This document shows positions 33,502 through 41,530 of a stretch of 49,739 nucleotides of DNA, piece after piece. Below the pieces are notes generated by a model, which was not told the origin of the DNA, did not search any database, and saw only the letters and a program-made list of their open reading frames with translations. This DNA comes from Clostridia bacterium. Its GTDB lineage: Bacteria; Bacillota; Clostridia; Oscillospirales; SIG627. The stretch spans positions 1-49,739 of the forward strand of contig JAGDAA010000178.1 in NCBI GenBank assembly GCA_017959745.1, read 5' to 3'. The position numbers and the translations under genes were made by a program. Position 1 is the first letter of the stretch; every line of letters begins with the position of its first letter.

Positions 33502-34082
33502 CAACAGCACCGGATCAGATCGCCGCCGCAGCATTCGCACATACAATCGGCGCACAGAAGGGCGGAGCACATATCACAGCAGCTGCATTCCCCGGGATTG
33601 CCGCCGGGGGAAAAGGCGCTGCCCGTCCGGTGGAAACGCTGGTACATGGAGGCGTACTCCGCGTTCCCCGGCTCCATGGAGCTGGCGCGGGAAAAGAAGG
33701 AGGACGCGTCGTTATACCGGCGGGAATACATAGCGCACAGGCCTTTGAGATAGTACCACTCCGCGCTCTCCATCCGATCCTGATCCAAAAGGACCTCCGC
33801 CTCGGTATAACGGCCGGATCGAATCAGCTCGCGAATGCGGGCGAAGCGGGGGTCCTTCTCCCCCTCCCCGGAGGCGCCGGAAGGTCCGCCCCCGGCGCGT
33901 TCCCGCAGGATCGCGTCGTACGCCTCGTTGATGGATTTCATTTTTTCGTTGGCAATGTCGGAAAACTCCGTGTTGGCGTAATTATCCGGATGGTACTTTT
34001 TTGCCATTTCCCGGTACGCCTTTTTGATTTCCTCATCCGTCGCGTCAGGGGTGACGCCCAGGACCTGATAGGGGTCGTTCAT
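33501..34082 (-). CDS. J-domain (DnaJ-like) protein with a TPR-like middle region and a cysteine-string C-terminal tail
   Basis: J domain DPYQVLGVTPDATDEEIKKAYREMAKKYHPDN contains the HPD motif. The last 28 residues hold 11 Cys (CSCCDMCSALLCADCMCECCGGDLIRCC). Confidence 0.85.
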   Translation of the reverse strand: MNDPYQVLGVTPDATDEEIKKAYREMAKKYHPDNYANTEFSDIANEKMKSINEAYDAILRERAGGGPSGASGEGEKDPRFARIRELIRSGRYTEAEVLLDQDRMESAEWYYLKGLCAMYSRRYNDASSFFSRASSMEPGNAEYASMYQRFHRTGSAFSPGGNPGECSCCDMCSALLCADCMCECCGGDLIRCC

Positions 34083-34954
34083 ACTGCGTGATCCTTTCTT
34101 TCTTCCAAAACGCGCCTTTCCTCCCGGATAAGCCCGCGCACAACTACATTTTCACAAATGGCGGCAAGATCGCCTTTTTCATCCGCCAAAGCCAGAGCAA
34201 GTTCCATTTCCCGAAGATAGAATCGTTGAACGGCGTCGATCTCCGCCAACGCCGCCTCCGCTCCGCCGTCCGCCGGCAGGATGGACAGGATGGGATTGAA
34301 AGCGCCTTTTTTCCGGTCCCGCTCCAAATCGTCCAGGGCGTCCAGGGTATACAGGAAGCGACCCAGTTTATCCCCCAGTCCGGCGAGGATGCGGGCGGCT
34401 TTTCCCTCGGTTCTGAAGGAAGCCAGGCGGGACAGGATGGCGGCGAAATCCGCGCACATATCGTCCAGCCCCAAGCCCTGTTTTTCCTTTTCCCTGCCGG
34501 CGGCAAACGCCGCGGAAAGCGCCCCGGTCAGTTCCCCGTAAGCGCCGTCCTGTTTTGCCGCCCGCTTCAGCTCCCCGTTCAGAATAGGGCGCCACAGACG
34601 GCAGATCAGCCTTCTGAAAAAGGGGGTGTCCCGGTCCAGGATATCATCCGTCATCTTTTCCCGGATCAAAAGGAGCTGGCAGAAAGCGGTATCCCGCAAA
34701 ACGGAATTGTCCGCCACCATGGCGCGCCGCCGGAAAGGGTGCGTGGGGCAACGGTGCTTTTCAATGGTGTAGCTTTCCCCGAGTACCAGGAGCCGGGCAG
34801 CGGCGAGGAAGACAAAATCATAACTGTGAAAGGGTGAGGAGCCGAGACCGAAATGCCGCCTCGCACTGCGGCAAAGCCCACAGTACAGGGCGCGGTACAG
34901 TCCGTGCTGGCGAACCAGAAGCGACTCCGGCTCACATTTGACGTAACCAAGCAT
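34079..34954 (-). CDS. DUF5685-like protein (family assignment from memory)
   Basis: N-terminus MLGYVKCEPESLLVRQHGLYRALYCGLCRS matches my recollection of the DUF5685 start (M.GYV.p....L......Y...YCGLC). Its stop overlaps the J-domain start (ATGA). Confidence 0.45.
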   Translation of the reverse strand: MLGYVKCEPESLLVRQHGLYRALYCGLCRSARRHFGLGSSPFHSYDFVFLAAARLLVLGESYTIEKHRCPTHPFRRRAMVADNSVLRDTAFCQLLLIREKMTDDILDRDTPFFRRLICRLWRPILNGELKRAAKQDGAYGELTGALSAAFAAGREKEKQGLGLDDMCADFAAILSRLASFRTEGKAARILAGLGDKLGRFLYTLDALDDLERDRKKGAFNPILSILPADGGAEAALAEIDAVQRFYLREMELALALADEKGDLAAICENVVVRGLIREERRVLEERKDHAV

Positions 34955-35044
34955 CGTACATACTCCCCCTTATACTATCTCAATTATTTTACCATATAAA
35001 GCCGTGTATTTCCAGTGTTTTACGAGAATTCCCGAAGATATTTC

Positions 35045-35073
35045 TTGCAATGGCACAAAAATAACGGTATAAT
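35045..35073 (+). promoter_or_regulatory. Sigma-A-type promoter
   Basis: TTGCAA (35045..35050), a 17-nt spacer, then TATAAT (35068..35073). Confidence 0.65.
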
Positions 35074-35105
35074 GAGCGAAAGAAAGGTTGCAGGGAGGTT
35101 TCGTT

Positions 35106-35705
35106 ATGCTGTATGAACTGAAAATGAGGGACGCTTTTCAGCTGCCCAAACAGGAAACAGAACCGCTGACGTTCGCGCCGTGGGGTGACAAAGCCGAGCC
35201 GCGCGCCCTGTTTCAGGGCTGCTATGTCAGGGATCACGGATTCCTGTTTGATCTGGTCGCCTATGAAAGGGATCCCCTCGCCCGCTTTACCAAGCCGGGA
35301 GACCCTGTTTACAAGGACAGTTGTCTGGAACTATTCTGCAATTTCGACCCCAGGGAAAGCGATCTGTATATCAACTTTGAAGTGAACGCCAACGGGGCTT
35401 ATCTGATCTGTACGGGAAGCGGCAGGGAGAACCGGTCCCCCCTCGCCACCCGGGTTTTCCCCACGGTGAGGGCGGCGAAAACGGATGATTTTTGGGACGT
35501 TGCCCTCTATATCCCCCGGGAGACCCTTTGGGAGGTATACGGCAGGGAGATCGAATTTACGGAAGGATATGAACTGCGGGCGAACGTTTACAAATGCGGG
35601 GATGAGACCGCCTGCCCCCATTGGCTCACCTGGAGCCCCGTTAAAAGCGAAAAGCCCGATTTTCACCGTCCGGAGCAGTTTGGCACGTTTCGCCTGGTCC
35701 TATGA
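35106..35705 (+). CDS. Carbohydrate-binding family 9-like (DOMON-like) cytoplasmic protein
   Basis: ATG 35106 follows GGGAGG. Motifs DSCLELFCNF, YINFEVNANG, NVYKCGDETACPHWLTW and PDFHRPEQFG match my recollection of CBM9-like proteins. Confidence 0.5.
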   Translation: MLYELKMRDAFQLPKQETEPLTFAPWGDKAEPRALFQGCYVRDHGFLFDLVAYERDPLARFTKPGDPVYKDSCLELFCNFDPRESDLYINFEVNANGAYLICTGSGRENRSPLATRVFPTVRAAKTDDFWDVALYIPRETLWEVYGREIEFTEGYELRANVYKCGDETACPHWLTWSPVKSEKPDFHRPEQFGTFRLVL

Positions 35706-36298
35706 CGCGCTTTTTGCCGCGCCGGTGGAGAAAACTCCTTTCTCCCCTGCCGGAACTGGAAACGGAGCGGCTTTTGATGCGCCCCGTTACGTTGGAAGAC
35801 GCCCGGGATATGTTCGACTACTCCCGAAACCCGCGGACCAGTGAATACCTGCTGTGGGAACCCCATCAGACAATTGATTTTACGGTAAGCCACATCCGCC
35901 ATCTCTTATCTCAGTATAAAGCCGTCAGCTATTTTGACTGGGCGTTGGTGGACAAAAGCAGCGGCAGGATGATCGGAACGGCGGGATTCACCCGGCTTTC
36001 GGGGCTATACGGCACCGGGGAGCTGGGGTACGTTCTCTCACCCGCCTATCACCGGAGGGGACTGGCGCCGGAGGCCGTGAAAACGGTGATGGCGTTCGGG
36101 TTTGAAAAGCTGGAATTGAATAGCCTGTTCTGCCGCATTATGGAGGGAAACATCCCCAGCCGGAAGGTGGCGGAAAGACTCGGATTTGTGTTCCTCGGTT
36201 TTGAGAGAGAGCCTATCCAAAAACGGGACGCCAGGCAGCGGATCGCCCGATATCAGCTGACCCGGGACGCGTATTTACAACAAAACAGGACCGTCTGA
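35702..36298 (+). CDS. GNAT-family N-acetyltransferase (RimJ/RimL-like)
   Basis: TERLLMRPVTLEDA start, and the acetyl-CoA binding region HRRGLAPEAVK....FE.L.LN.LF..I...N..S.KV.E.LGF. ATGA overlap with the upstream gene. Confidence 0.78.
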   Translation: MTRFLPRRWRKLLSPLPELETERLLMRPVTLEDARDMFDYSRNPRTSEYLLWEPHQTIDFTVSHIRHLLSQYKAVSYFDWALVDKSSGRMIGTAGFTRLSGLYGTGELGYVLSPAYHRRGLAPEAVKTVMAFGFEKLELNSLFCRIMEGNIPSRKVAERLGFVFLGFEREPIQKRDARQRIARYQLTRDAYLQQNRTV

Positions 36299-36317
36299 CG
36301 ACGGTCCTGTTTTGTTG
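36285..36317. terminator. Bidirectional terminator between the GNAT gene and the convergent SleC-like gene
   Basis: ACAGGACCGT, loop, ACGGTCCTGT, then TTTGTTG. An A-rich tract lies upstream. Confidence 0.75.
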
Positions 36318-36321
36318 TATT

Positions 36322-38733
36322 TCAAGAAAAGATCAACTGCCAGGTCTCTTCATCCACCGCGCCGGTGGCGGTCAAGCCCATTTTTCGCTGAAACTCCATA
36401 ACGGTATGACGGGTGGCGTTGCCGAAAAGCGCCTTCTCACCCAAAGCCCGGCAGGAGCATTCTCCTTTTTCAAACAGGGCCTCCTTGATCCGGGAAACGT
36501 CCCTGCCGTAACTGCCCAGAGAAAGCGCTCTGCCGGGGTAGGAGGATTCTCCTTCCCGCTCTTCAGGCGCGTGGTCGGGTATTTCTTCCTCCTTGTGTGA
36601 AAAGACCGGGCGCGCTTCCTCCTTCGCGCTGACAGCGCGGACGACCGCCGGGAGACAGCCTGACCGGACGGCGGCGGCAACGGAGGACAGAACGCTCCAG
36701 GTCTGACTGCCCACGACACCGTCCTGGCTCAAGCCGAAAATGCCCTGCAGACGGATGATCTGTGTCTGGGTGGCGCCGCCGAACACACCGTCCGCCGTAA
36801 CCACGCCGATACGGGGAATGGAATTGTGGATCACGTTCAGGGAGGACTGGATATAGCTTACGTTACTGCCCCTGGATCCGTAGCGCAGCGGCGTTCCGGG
36901 ATAACTCCGGGTCTGACTGTCCGAGGAGGAAAGGACGCAGTCGTTTTGGACGGCGGTGTAGATCTGTCCCAGGGCGTCCCAGGTCCTTCTCCCCACGACG
37001 CCGTCCTGGGACAGACCAAAGATCTGCTGAAAAGATCGGACCGCCCTTTCGGTGCCCGCGCCGAACACGCCGTCCCGGGCTATGGAAGGTATTTCCTCAA
37101 ACACCCGGGCGATCTCCCACAGCAATTCCTGCACGTACCGCACATCCGTTCCCCGGGATCCCCGGCGAAGCAAAGTACCGGGATAGGGGCGAATGGGAAC
37201 GCCGCCCCCCGGCTCCTCCTGTTCCAGTCCCTTGTAGACGGAAACGATCTTGTTCCAGGTGCTTTCTCCCACGACTCCGTCCACGTTCAAGCCGTAAAAG
37301 GACTGAAAGGCGGTCACGACATTTTCCGTTTGTTCCCCGAAGCGACCGTCGGCGGCGAGGGTGGGGATAAAGTTGTTGTAGGCGGCGATATTCTGCAGAT
37401 AGAACTGCATCGCCTGCACGTCGGAACCCACGTCTCCGCGGCGGAGCGGCGTGCCGGGATACTCAAAGTCGTTATACAAAGGTCTCTCCCCTTCCGAAGT
37501 CAATTCTCCCAGATGTGTCACGGCGGTGTAAATGGCTGAAATACGGTACCAGGTCCGTTTGCCGACCGCGCCGTCGGCGGTCAAATTAAAAATGCGCTGG
37601 AACGCTTGTACCTGTGCCCGGACGGATGTGCCGTAAACGCCGTCCACCGTCACCGTGGGGATGGCGGGATAGTTCCGGGCGATGCGGTTCAGTTGACGCT
37701 GTATGGTGCGCACGGCCTCTCCCGAGGAACCGATGGAAAGCGGGGAGCCGGGATAGGAGGGCTGAATGCTCTGCCGCACGTTCTCCGTGACGATCTCAAT
37801 ATTGCCGTAGTAGAACTCCAGGATCTCCTCCGCGGAAAGACCGTTCTGCGCCAGGGTGACCGTTCCCCACTGGCTCATACCGTCGCAGGTAACGGTGGTC
37901 CCGTTGCAATATTGAGCGAATAGCGGCTCCAGTCTGCCCGGTCTGCGGATATACTGGTTGAATACCTCATCCACCACGTCGGAGATGCTTTGGAAAATGT
38001 TTCTGCCGTACACGTAGTACTGATCAAACGCCGTGGAATTGGTAATGTCGAAATTATATCCCCGGGAGGGATACCATTCTGTAAAGCTGCGGTTCAGGGT
38101 CAGGGAGATCTGCGCCAGGATGTTGGCGCGGAGGGATTCCCGGGGCCAGGTGGGGTAAATCTCACTGCTCGCCACGTTCTTGATGTAGTCGATGAACGGG
38201 ACCGTGACGTTTCGCGCGTCGGACTCCGGACGACCCAGGTGGACGGTGATCTCCGTAGGGATATACACCCGGGACAAAACGCGTTCGTCCGCGGGATCAT
38301 CCGGGACGTCCGGGGTCACGTCCGGCGCGCCGTCTCCATCGCTGTCTGATACGGTGTTCGGCGGCACGGTGTAATGGAGCTCTCCGCTGCTCTGCCCCTC
38401 GGGCAGGGGGAGCATTTCAATGGGCAGGTGCGCCGTCTCTCCCGAAAAGACCTGGGCGTCGTGGACGTAAACGGTATAATATCCTTCCCGGGAAGCGACC
38501 ACGTCGCAGGTGGAGTACGGGATCTCATCCCCGGGTCGCAGGGATAAATCCTCCCGGGGCGCCTCGATCTCCACGGATCTGCTCACGCCGCAGCTCATAT
38601 CACCGATGGTTTCCCGCATTACCTCCCGTCCGTTTTCATCGGTCACCACCAAGCTCGTTCCGCTGACGCAAAACGCTTCGCCCGCGGCGCGGACGGTGAC
38701 CATAAAGGTGCCTTTTGCCAATGCCATCATCAT
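36322..38733 (-). CDS. SleC-like spore cortex-lytic enzyme homolog with an N-terminal beta-sandwich extension and five PG_binding_1 repeats
   Basis: The core ITVHLGRPESDARNVTVPFIDYIKNVASSEIYPTWPRESLRANILAQISLTLNR..EWY.SRGYNFDITNST.FDQ......NIF...S.VVDEVF..Y.RR.G..EPLFAQYC.G..V.C.GMSQWGTV.LA matches my recollection of clostridial SleC. It is followed by five YPG..L..GS.G..V..(I/V)Q..L......DG.FG..T...V..FQ...GL..DG.VG..TW repeats. No signal peptide. There are three consecutive ATGs at 38733, 38730 and 38727. Confidence 0.6.
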   Translation of the reverse strand: MMMALAKGTFMVTVRAAGEAFCVSGTSLVVTDENGREVMRETIGDMSCGVSRSVEIEAPREDLSLRPGDEIPYSTCDVVASREGYYTVYVHDAQVFSGETAHLPIEMLPLPEGQSSGELHYTVPPNTVSDSDGDGAPDVTPDVPDDPADERVLSRVYIPTEITVHLGRPESDARNVTVPFIDYIKNVASSEIYPTWPRESLRANILAQISLTLNRSFTEWYPSRGYNFDITNSTAFDQYYVYGRNIFQSISDVVDEVFNQYIRRPGRLEPLFAQYCNGTTVTCDGMSQWGTVTLAQNGLSAEEILEFYYGNIEIVTENVRQSIQPSYPGSPLSIGSSGEAVRTIQRQLNRIARNYPAIPTVTVDGVYGTSVRAQVQAFQRIFNLTADGAVGKRTWYRISAIYTAVTHLGELTSEGERPLYNDFEYPGTPLRRGDVGSDVQAMQFYLQNIAAYNNFIPTLAADGRFGEQTENVVTAFQSFYGLNVDGVVGESTWNKIVSVYKGLEQEEPGGGVPIRPYPGTLLRRGSRGTDVRYVQELLWEIARVFEEIPSIARDGVFGAGTERAVRSFQQIFGLSQDGVVGRRTWDALGQIYTAVQNDCVLSSSDSQTRSYPGTPLRYGSRGSNVSYIQSSLNVIHNSIPRIGVVTADGVFGGATQTQIIRLQGIFGLSQDGVVGSQTWSVLSSVAAAVRSGCLPAVVRAVSAKEEARPVFSHKEEEIPDHAPEEREGESSYPGRALSLGSYGRDVSRIKEALFEKGECSCRALGEKALFGNATRHTVMEFQRKMGLTATGAVDEETWQLIFS

Positions 38734-38784
38734 CCTTTCCGGGGGGATCCCCCGTCATATCCTATGCGTTGGCGGCAAAAGGGT

Positions 38785-38824
38785 GCAAAAAAAGGCTTAT
38801 CGAAAATCGATAAGCCTTTTTTTA
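38785..38824 (-). terminator. Rho-independent terminator after pdxK
   Basis: AAAGGCTTATCGA, loop AAA, TCGATAAGCCTTT (13-bp stem), with A/T runs on both sides. Confidence 0.8.
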
Positions 38825-38832
38825 ATAAAGAA

Positions 38833-39666
38833 TCACTTCTCCAGGCGGGAAATGAGATAGGGCAGGACCGGCTCGAACTTCACGCCGTACCGGTGGTCCG
38901 GATCCCCCGCCGTGTTCTCGATGCATTTCACAGTATAATCCGCGGCGATGGCGGCGGCGTCGAAGGTGGATTTCCCGCGAAGCAGCGCGCCCACGAACGC
39001 GGAGGCATAAACATCTCCGGTACCGTGACTCCCCTGAGCGTATTTGATGTGCTCGTAATACTTCGTTCCCGCTTCGTCCATCACCATAACGCCGGTGGTA
39101 TCGTCGCTGAAGGAGACCCCGGTGAGGACGACGGTCTTCGCGCCCGCTTTTTTCATAGCGGCAAGGATGGAATCGATATACGCCCGGTCGTATTTCTCCT
39201 GATACGCGACCCCGGTGAGGAAGCAAGCCTCGGTGATGTTGGGCACGGAGATATCCGCCGCGAATACCAGCTTCTTCATCTCCTCCACAAACGCCATATC
39301 AAAGGCGGGATAGAGCTTTCCGTTGTCCGCCATAGCGGGGTCGATGACGCTGATAAACGTCTCCCGACGGAGATTTTTCATCATATCCAGAACGTAACTA
39401 ATCTGCTCCGCACTGCCCAGATAACCGGTATAAATGGCGTCAAAGCTGATCTTTTCCTTCTGCCAGTGTGCGGCGATGGCGGGCATATCCTCCGTGAGGT
39501 CCCGCACGGTGAAGCCGGTGAAACCCGCCGTATGGGTGGAAAGGACGGCGGAGGGCAAAATGACCGTTTCGTGTCCCGCGGCGGACAGAATGGGAAGCGC
39601 CACGGTGAGGGAGCACTGCCCGAAGCAAGAGATATCCTGTACCGTTAAAACCCGTTTGTATTCCAT
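38833..39666 (-). CDS. pdxK: Pyridoxal/pyridoxamine kinase (ribokinase superfamily)
   Basis: RVLTVQDISCFGQCSLTVALPILSAAGHE start and the GTGDVYASAF anion-hole motif. ATG 39666 follows AAGGGAG. Confidence 0.75.
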   Translation of the reverse strand: MEYKRVLTVQDISCFGQCSLTVALPILSAAGHETVILPSAVLSTHTAGFTGFTVRDLTEDMPAIAAHWQKEKISFDAIYTGYLGSAEQISYVLDMMKNLRRETFISVIDPAMADNGKLYPAFDMAFVEEMKKLVFAADISVPNITEACFLTGVAYQEKYDRAYIDSILAAMKKAGAKTVVLTGVSFSDDTTGVMVMDEAGTKYYEHIKYAQGSHGTGDVYASAFVGALLRGKSTFDAAAIAADYTVKCIENTAGDPDHRYGVKFEPVLPYLISRLEK

Positions 39667-39772
39667 GTAAAACACTCCCTTCACGATTTGTAACGGCATT
39701 GTATCACAACGCCTACTAAAAAGATAGGCTTTATTCCAAAGTTTAACAAATCCTTCACAATCATAACGTCAA

Positions 39773-39803
39773 GCCGACCGGAACGGGTCCCGTTCCGGTC
39801 GGC
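39773..39803. terminator. Perfect 14-bp GC-rich hairpin downstream of SBP-like gene 1, lacking a clear U-tract
   Basis: GCCGACCGGAACGG, loop GTC, CCGTTCCGGTCGGC. It starts about 20 nt after the stop of 39824..41527 on the minus strand. Confidence 0.45.
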
Positions 39804-39823
39804 ATCGCGCTATTGGCTCTATT

Positions 39824-41527
39824 CTATTCCAGCGCCAGATAATCCTGGACGTTGGAAGCGTAGCCCTTCAGGGTGTCGATGTTGCTCGCGTAGGACGTTG
39901 CCAGCGCGTCCCACTTGGACTCGTCGTTACCGGCGGACTTGAACTTGTCATACAGGTCGGAGCTTAAAACCATACCTCTCTCAAAATAAATGCTGTTAAA
40001 GATCAATTCCAGTGTCTGTAATGGCTTGCCGCCGTATTCCGAATTGTGCAGACCGGGCAGCGCGGCGAGCTGCTGTATAAAGGCGTCCCGCACGTCATAG
40101 CCCTTGCTGTTATGTTTGCCCAGCGACGCCTCCATATAGGCGCTCATAAGGTACCCGGCAAGATTTTTGCCGCTATCAAACCCGTACCGGGCTGCAAAGC
40201 CGTCCGCGTGATTGTATTTCGGAATGGCGTACAGGTAGCAAAAGCCCATGCCGGGATTCATACGGTATTTCTCCTGGGCAGCGCTCCCCTTGGCATCCGG
40301 CAGGATCGCCAAAGCGTAACCGGAAGACCGCATCTGAGAATTATAGGCATAAACCGTACTGCCGATGTAACGGATCACGACAGTGGACTTTGTGCCGCTG
40401 TAAATATTGCTGCCGGCGGACGTATCCCGTTCAGAAGCGAGAAGAGGCTTCAACGCTGCCCACGCTTCATAGCCCGGACAGGCGGAAAAACTATCATAAA
40501 AGGTATAGGCAGAGCCGTTGTGGTAAACGGATTCAAAGCCCGCGGACATCATCTGATCGAAATTGATCCGCGTTTCCGCACCAACCTTGTAATGAGTGGG
40601 CTCTGTGCCGCTGTAATGATTGTAACAGGTGTTCACCACGTCCAACATAGTCTCGATGGTCCAGTCGCCGTCCAGCACCTTATCGTAAATAAAATCGGCG
40701 GCGGCAGCCACGTTGACCAGTCCGAAGGACTGTTGAACGTTGGTCAGCCCAATGGCGGGCAAGAACACAGATTGACGGACAGCGGAGTCGGACGCGCCGG
40801 TGAGATAGTAGAGCGCATTATCAAAAGTAATACCGCTCAGAAGATCCGCGTCGTACCACTGTGCCGAAAGATCTATGGTGGGGATGTTACAGACGTTCTG
40901 AACGTACCCTATGGATGCGTAATTGTAATAATTGCCCAGGGGGAGCATCACAGCGTCGTAGGAGTCCAAACCGCAGAGAGAATCGATCTTTAACGTATCG
41001 AAGGTATTGTAGACCCGCTCCTCTTCCACGGTGATATTATAGGTATCCTTCAGGTACTTGTTCCGCTGAGTGACCACCTCGCTGATCTTGGTGTAATACC
41101 TGGCGTAGGAGGAGGTATCGCTCCAGCTCCCGGAAGTCCACGGGCAAACGTCCTTTACGGAAAAATGGGTGGTTTTGAATTTCGTTCTCCCGCTTCCGTC
41201 ATTCAACACCCCGTCGTCCGCGCCGCCGTAGGTGAGGACACGGAAGGTATAACCGTCCTCGAAATACACAGGGCGCGCGGGATCAAAAGAGGCGATATAG
41301 CGGCTCGCGTCCCGTTCCTTCCAGGGATAAGTCAAACCGCCGTTTTCATCCACATAACCGTCCCAGCAGGCGGCGTGGCGCGCCAGGATGGCGGCATCCC
41401 GGGCGGTTACTGCTCCGTCGCCGTCTACATCAGCCGCTTGAGTGGGCGTAAGAGCCGACGCGGGAAGGGTGAAAAGGGGCGCGAGGATCAGCAGGCAAAG
41501 AAACAGCGAAATCCATTTCGTTTTCAT
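39824..41527 (-). CDS. Secreted solute-binding-protein-like protein 1 with an N-terminal single dockerin-like Ca-loop module
   Basis: Signal peptide MKTKWISLFLCLLILAPLFTLPASA, with no lipobox Cys at the cleavage site. This is followed by DVDGDGAVTARDAAILARHAACWDGYVDENGGLTYPW. The rest resembles large Firmicute family-1 extracellular solute-binding proteins (YD.V...., IPTIDL....W, YYLTG, DGDWT, SAAQEKY). Confidence 0.5.
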   Translation of the reverse strand: MKTKWISLFLCLLILAPLFTLPASALTPTQAADVDGDGAVTARDAAILARHAACWDGYVDENGGLTYPWKERDASRYIASFDPARPVYFEDGYTFRVLTYGGADDGVLNDGSGRTKFKTTHFSVKDVCPWTSGSWSDTSSYARYYTKISEVVTQRNKYLKDTYNITVEEERVYNTFDTLKIDSLCGLDSYDAVMLPLGNYYNYASIGYVQNVCNIPTIDLSAQWYDADLLSGITFDNALYYLTGASDSAVRQSVFLPAIGLTNVQQSFGLVNVAAAADFIYDKVLDGDWTIETMLDVVNTCYNHYSGTEPTHYKVGAETRINFDQMMSAGFESVYHNGSAYTFYDSFSACPGYEAWAALKPLLASERDTSAGSNIYSGTKSTVVIRYIGSTVYAYNSQMRSSGYALAILPDAKGSAAQEKYRMNPGMGFCYLYAIPKYNHADGFAARYGFDSGKNLAGYLMSAYMEASLGKHNSKGYDVRDAFIQQLAALPGLHNSEYGGKPLQTLELIFNSIYFERGMVLSSDLYDKFKSAGNDESKWDALATSYASNIDTLKGYASNVQDYLALE

Positions 41528-41530
41528 AGC

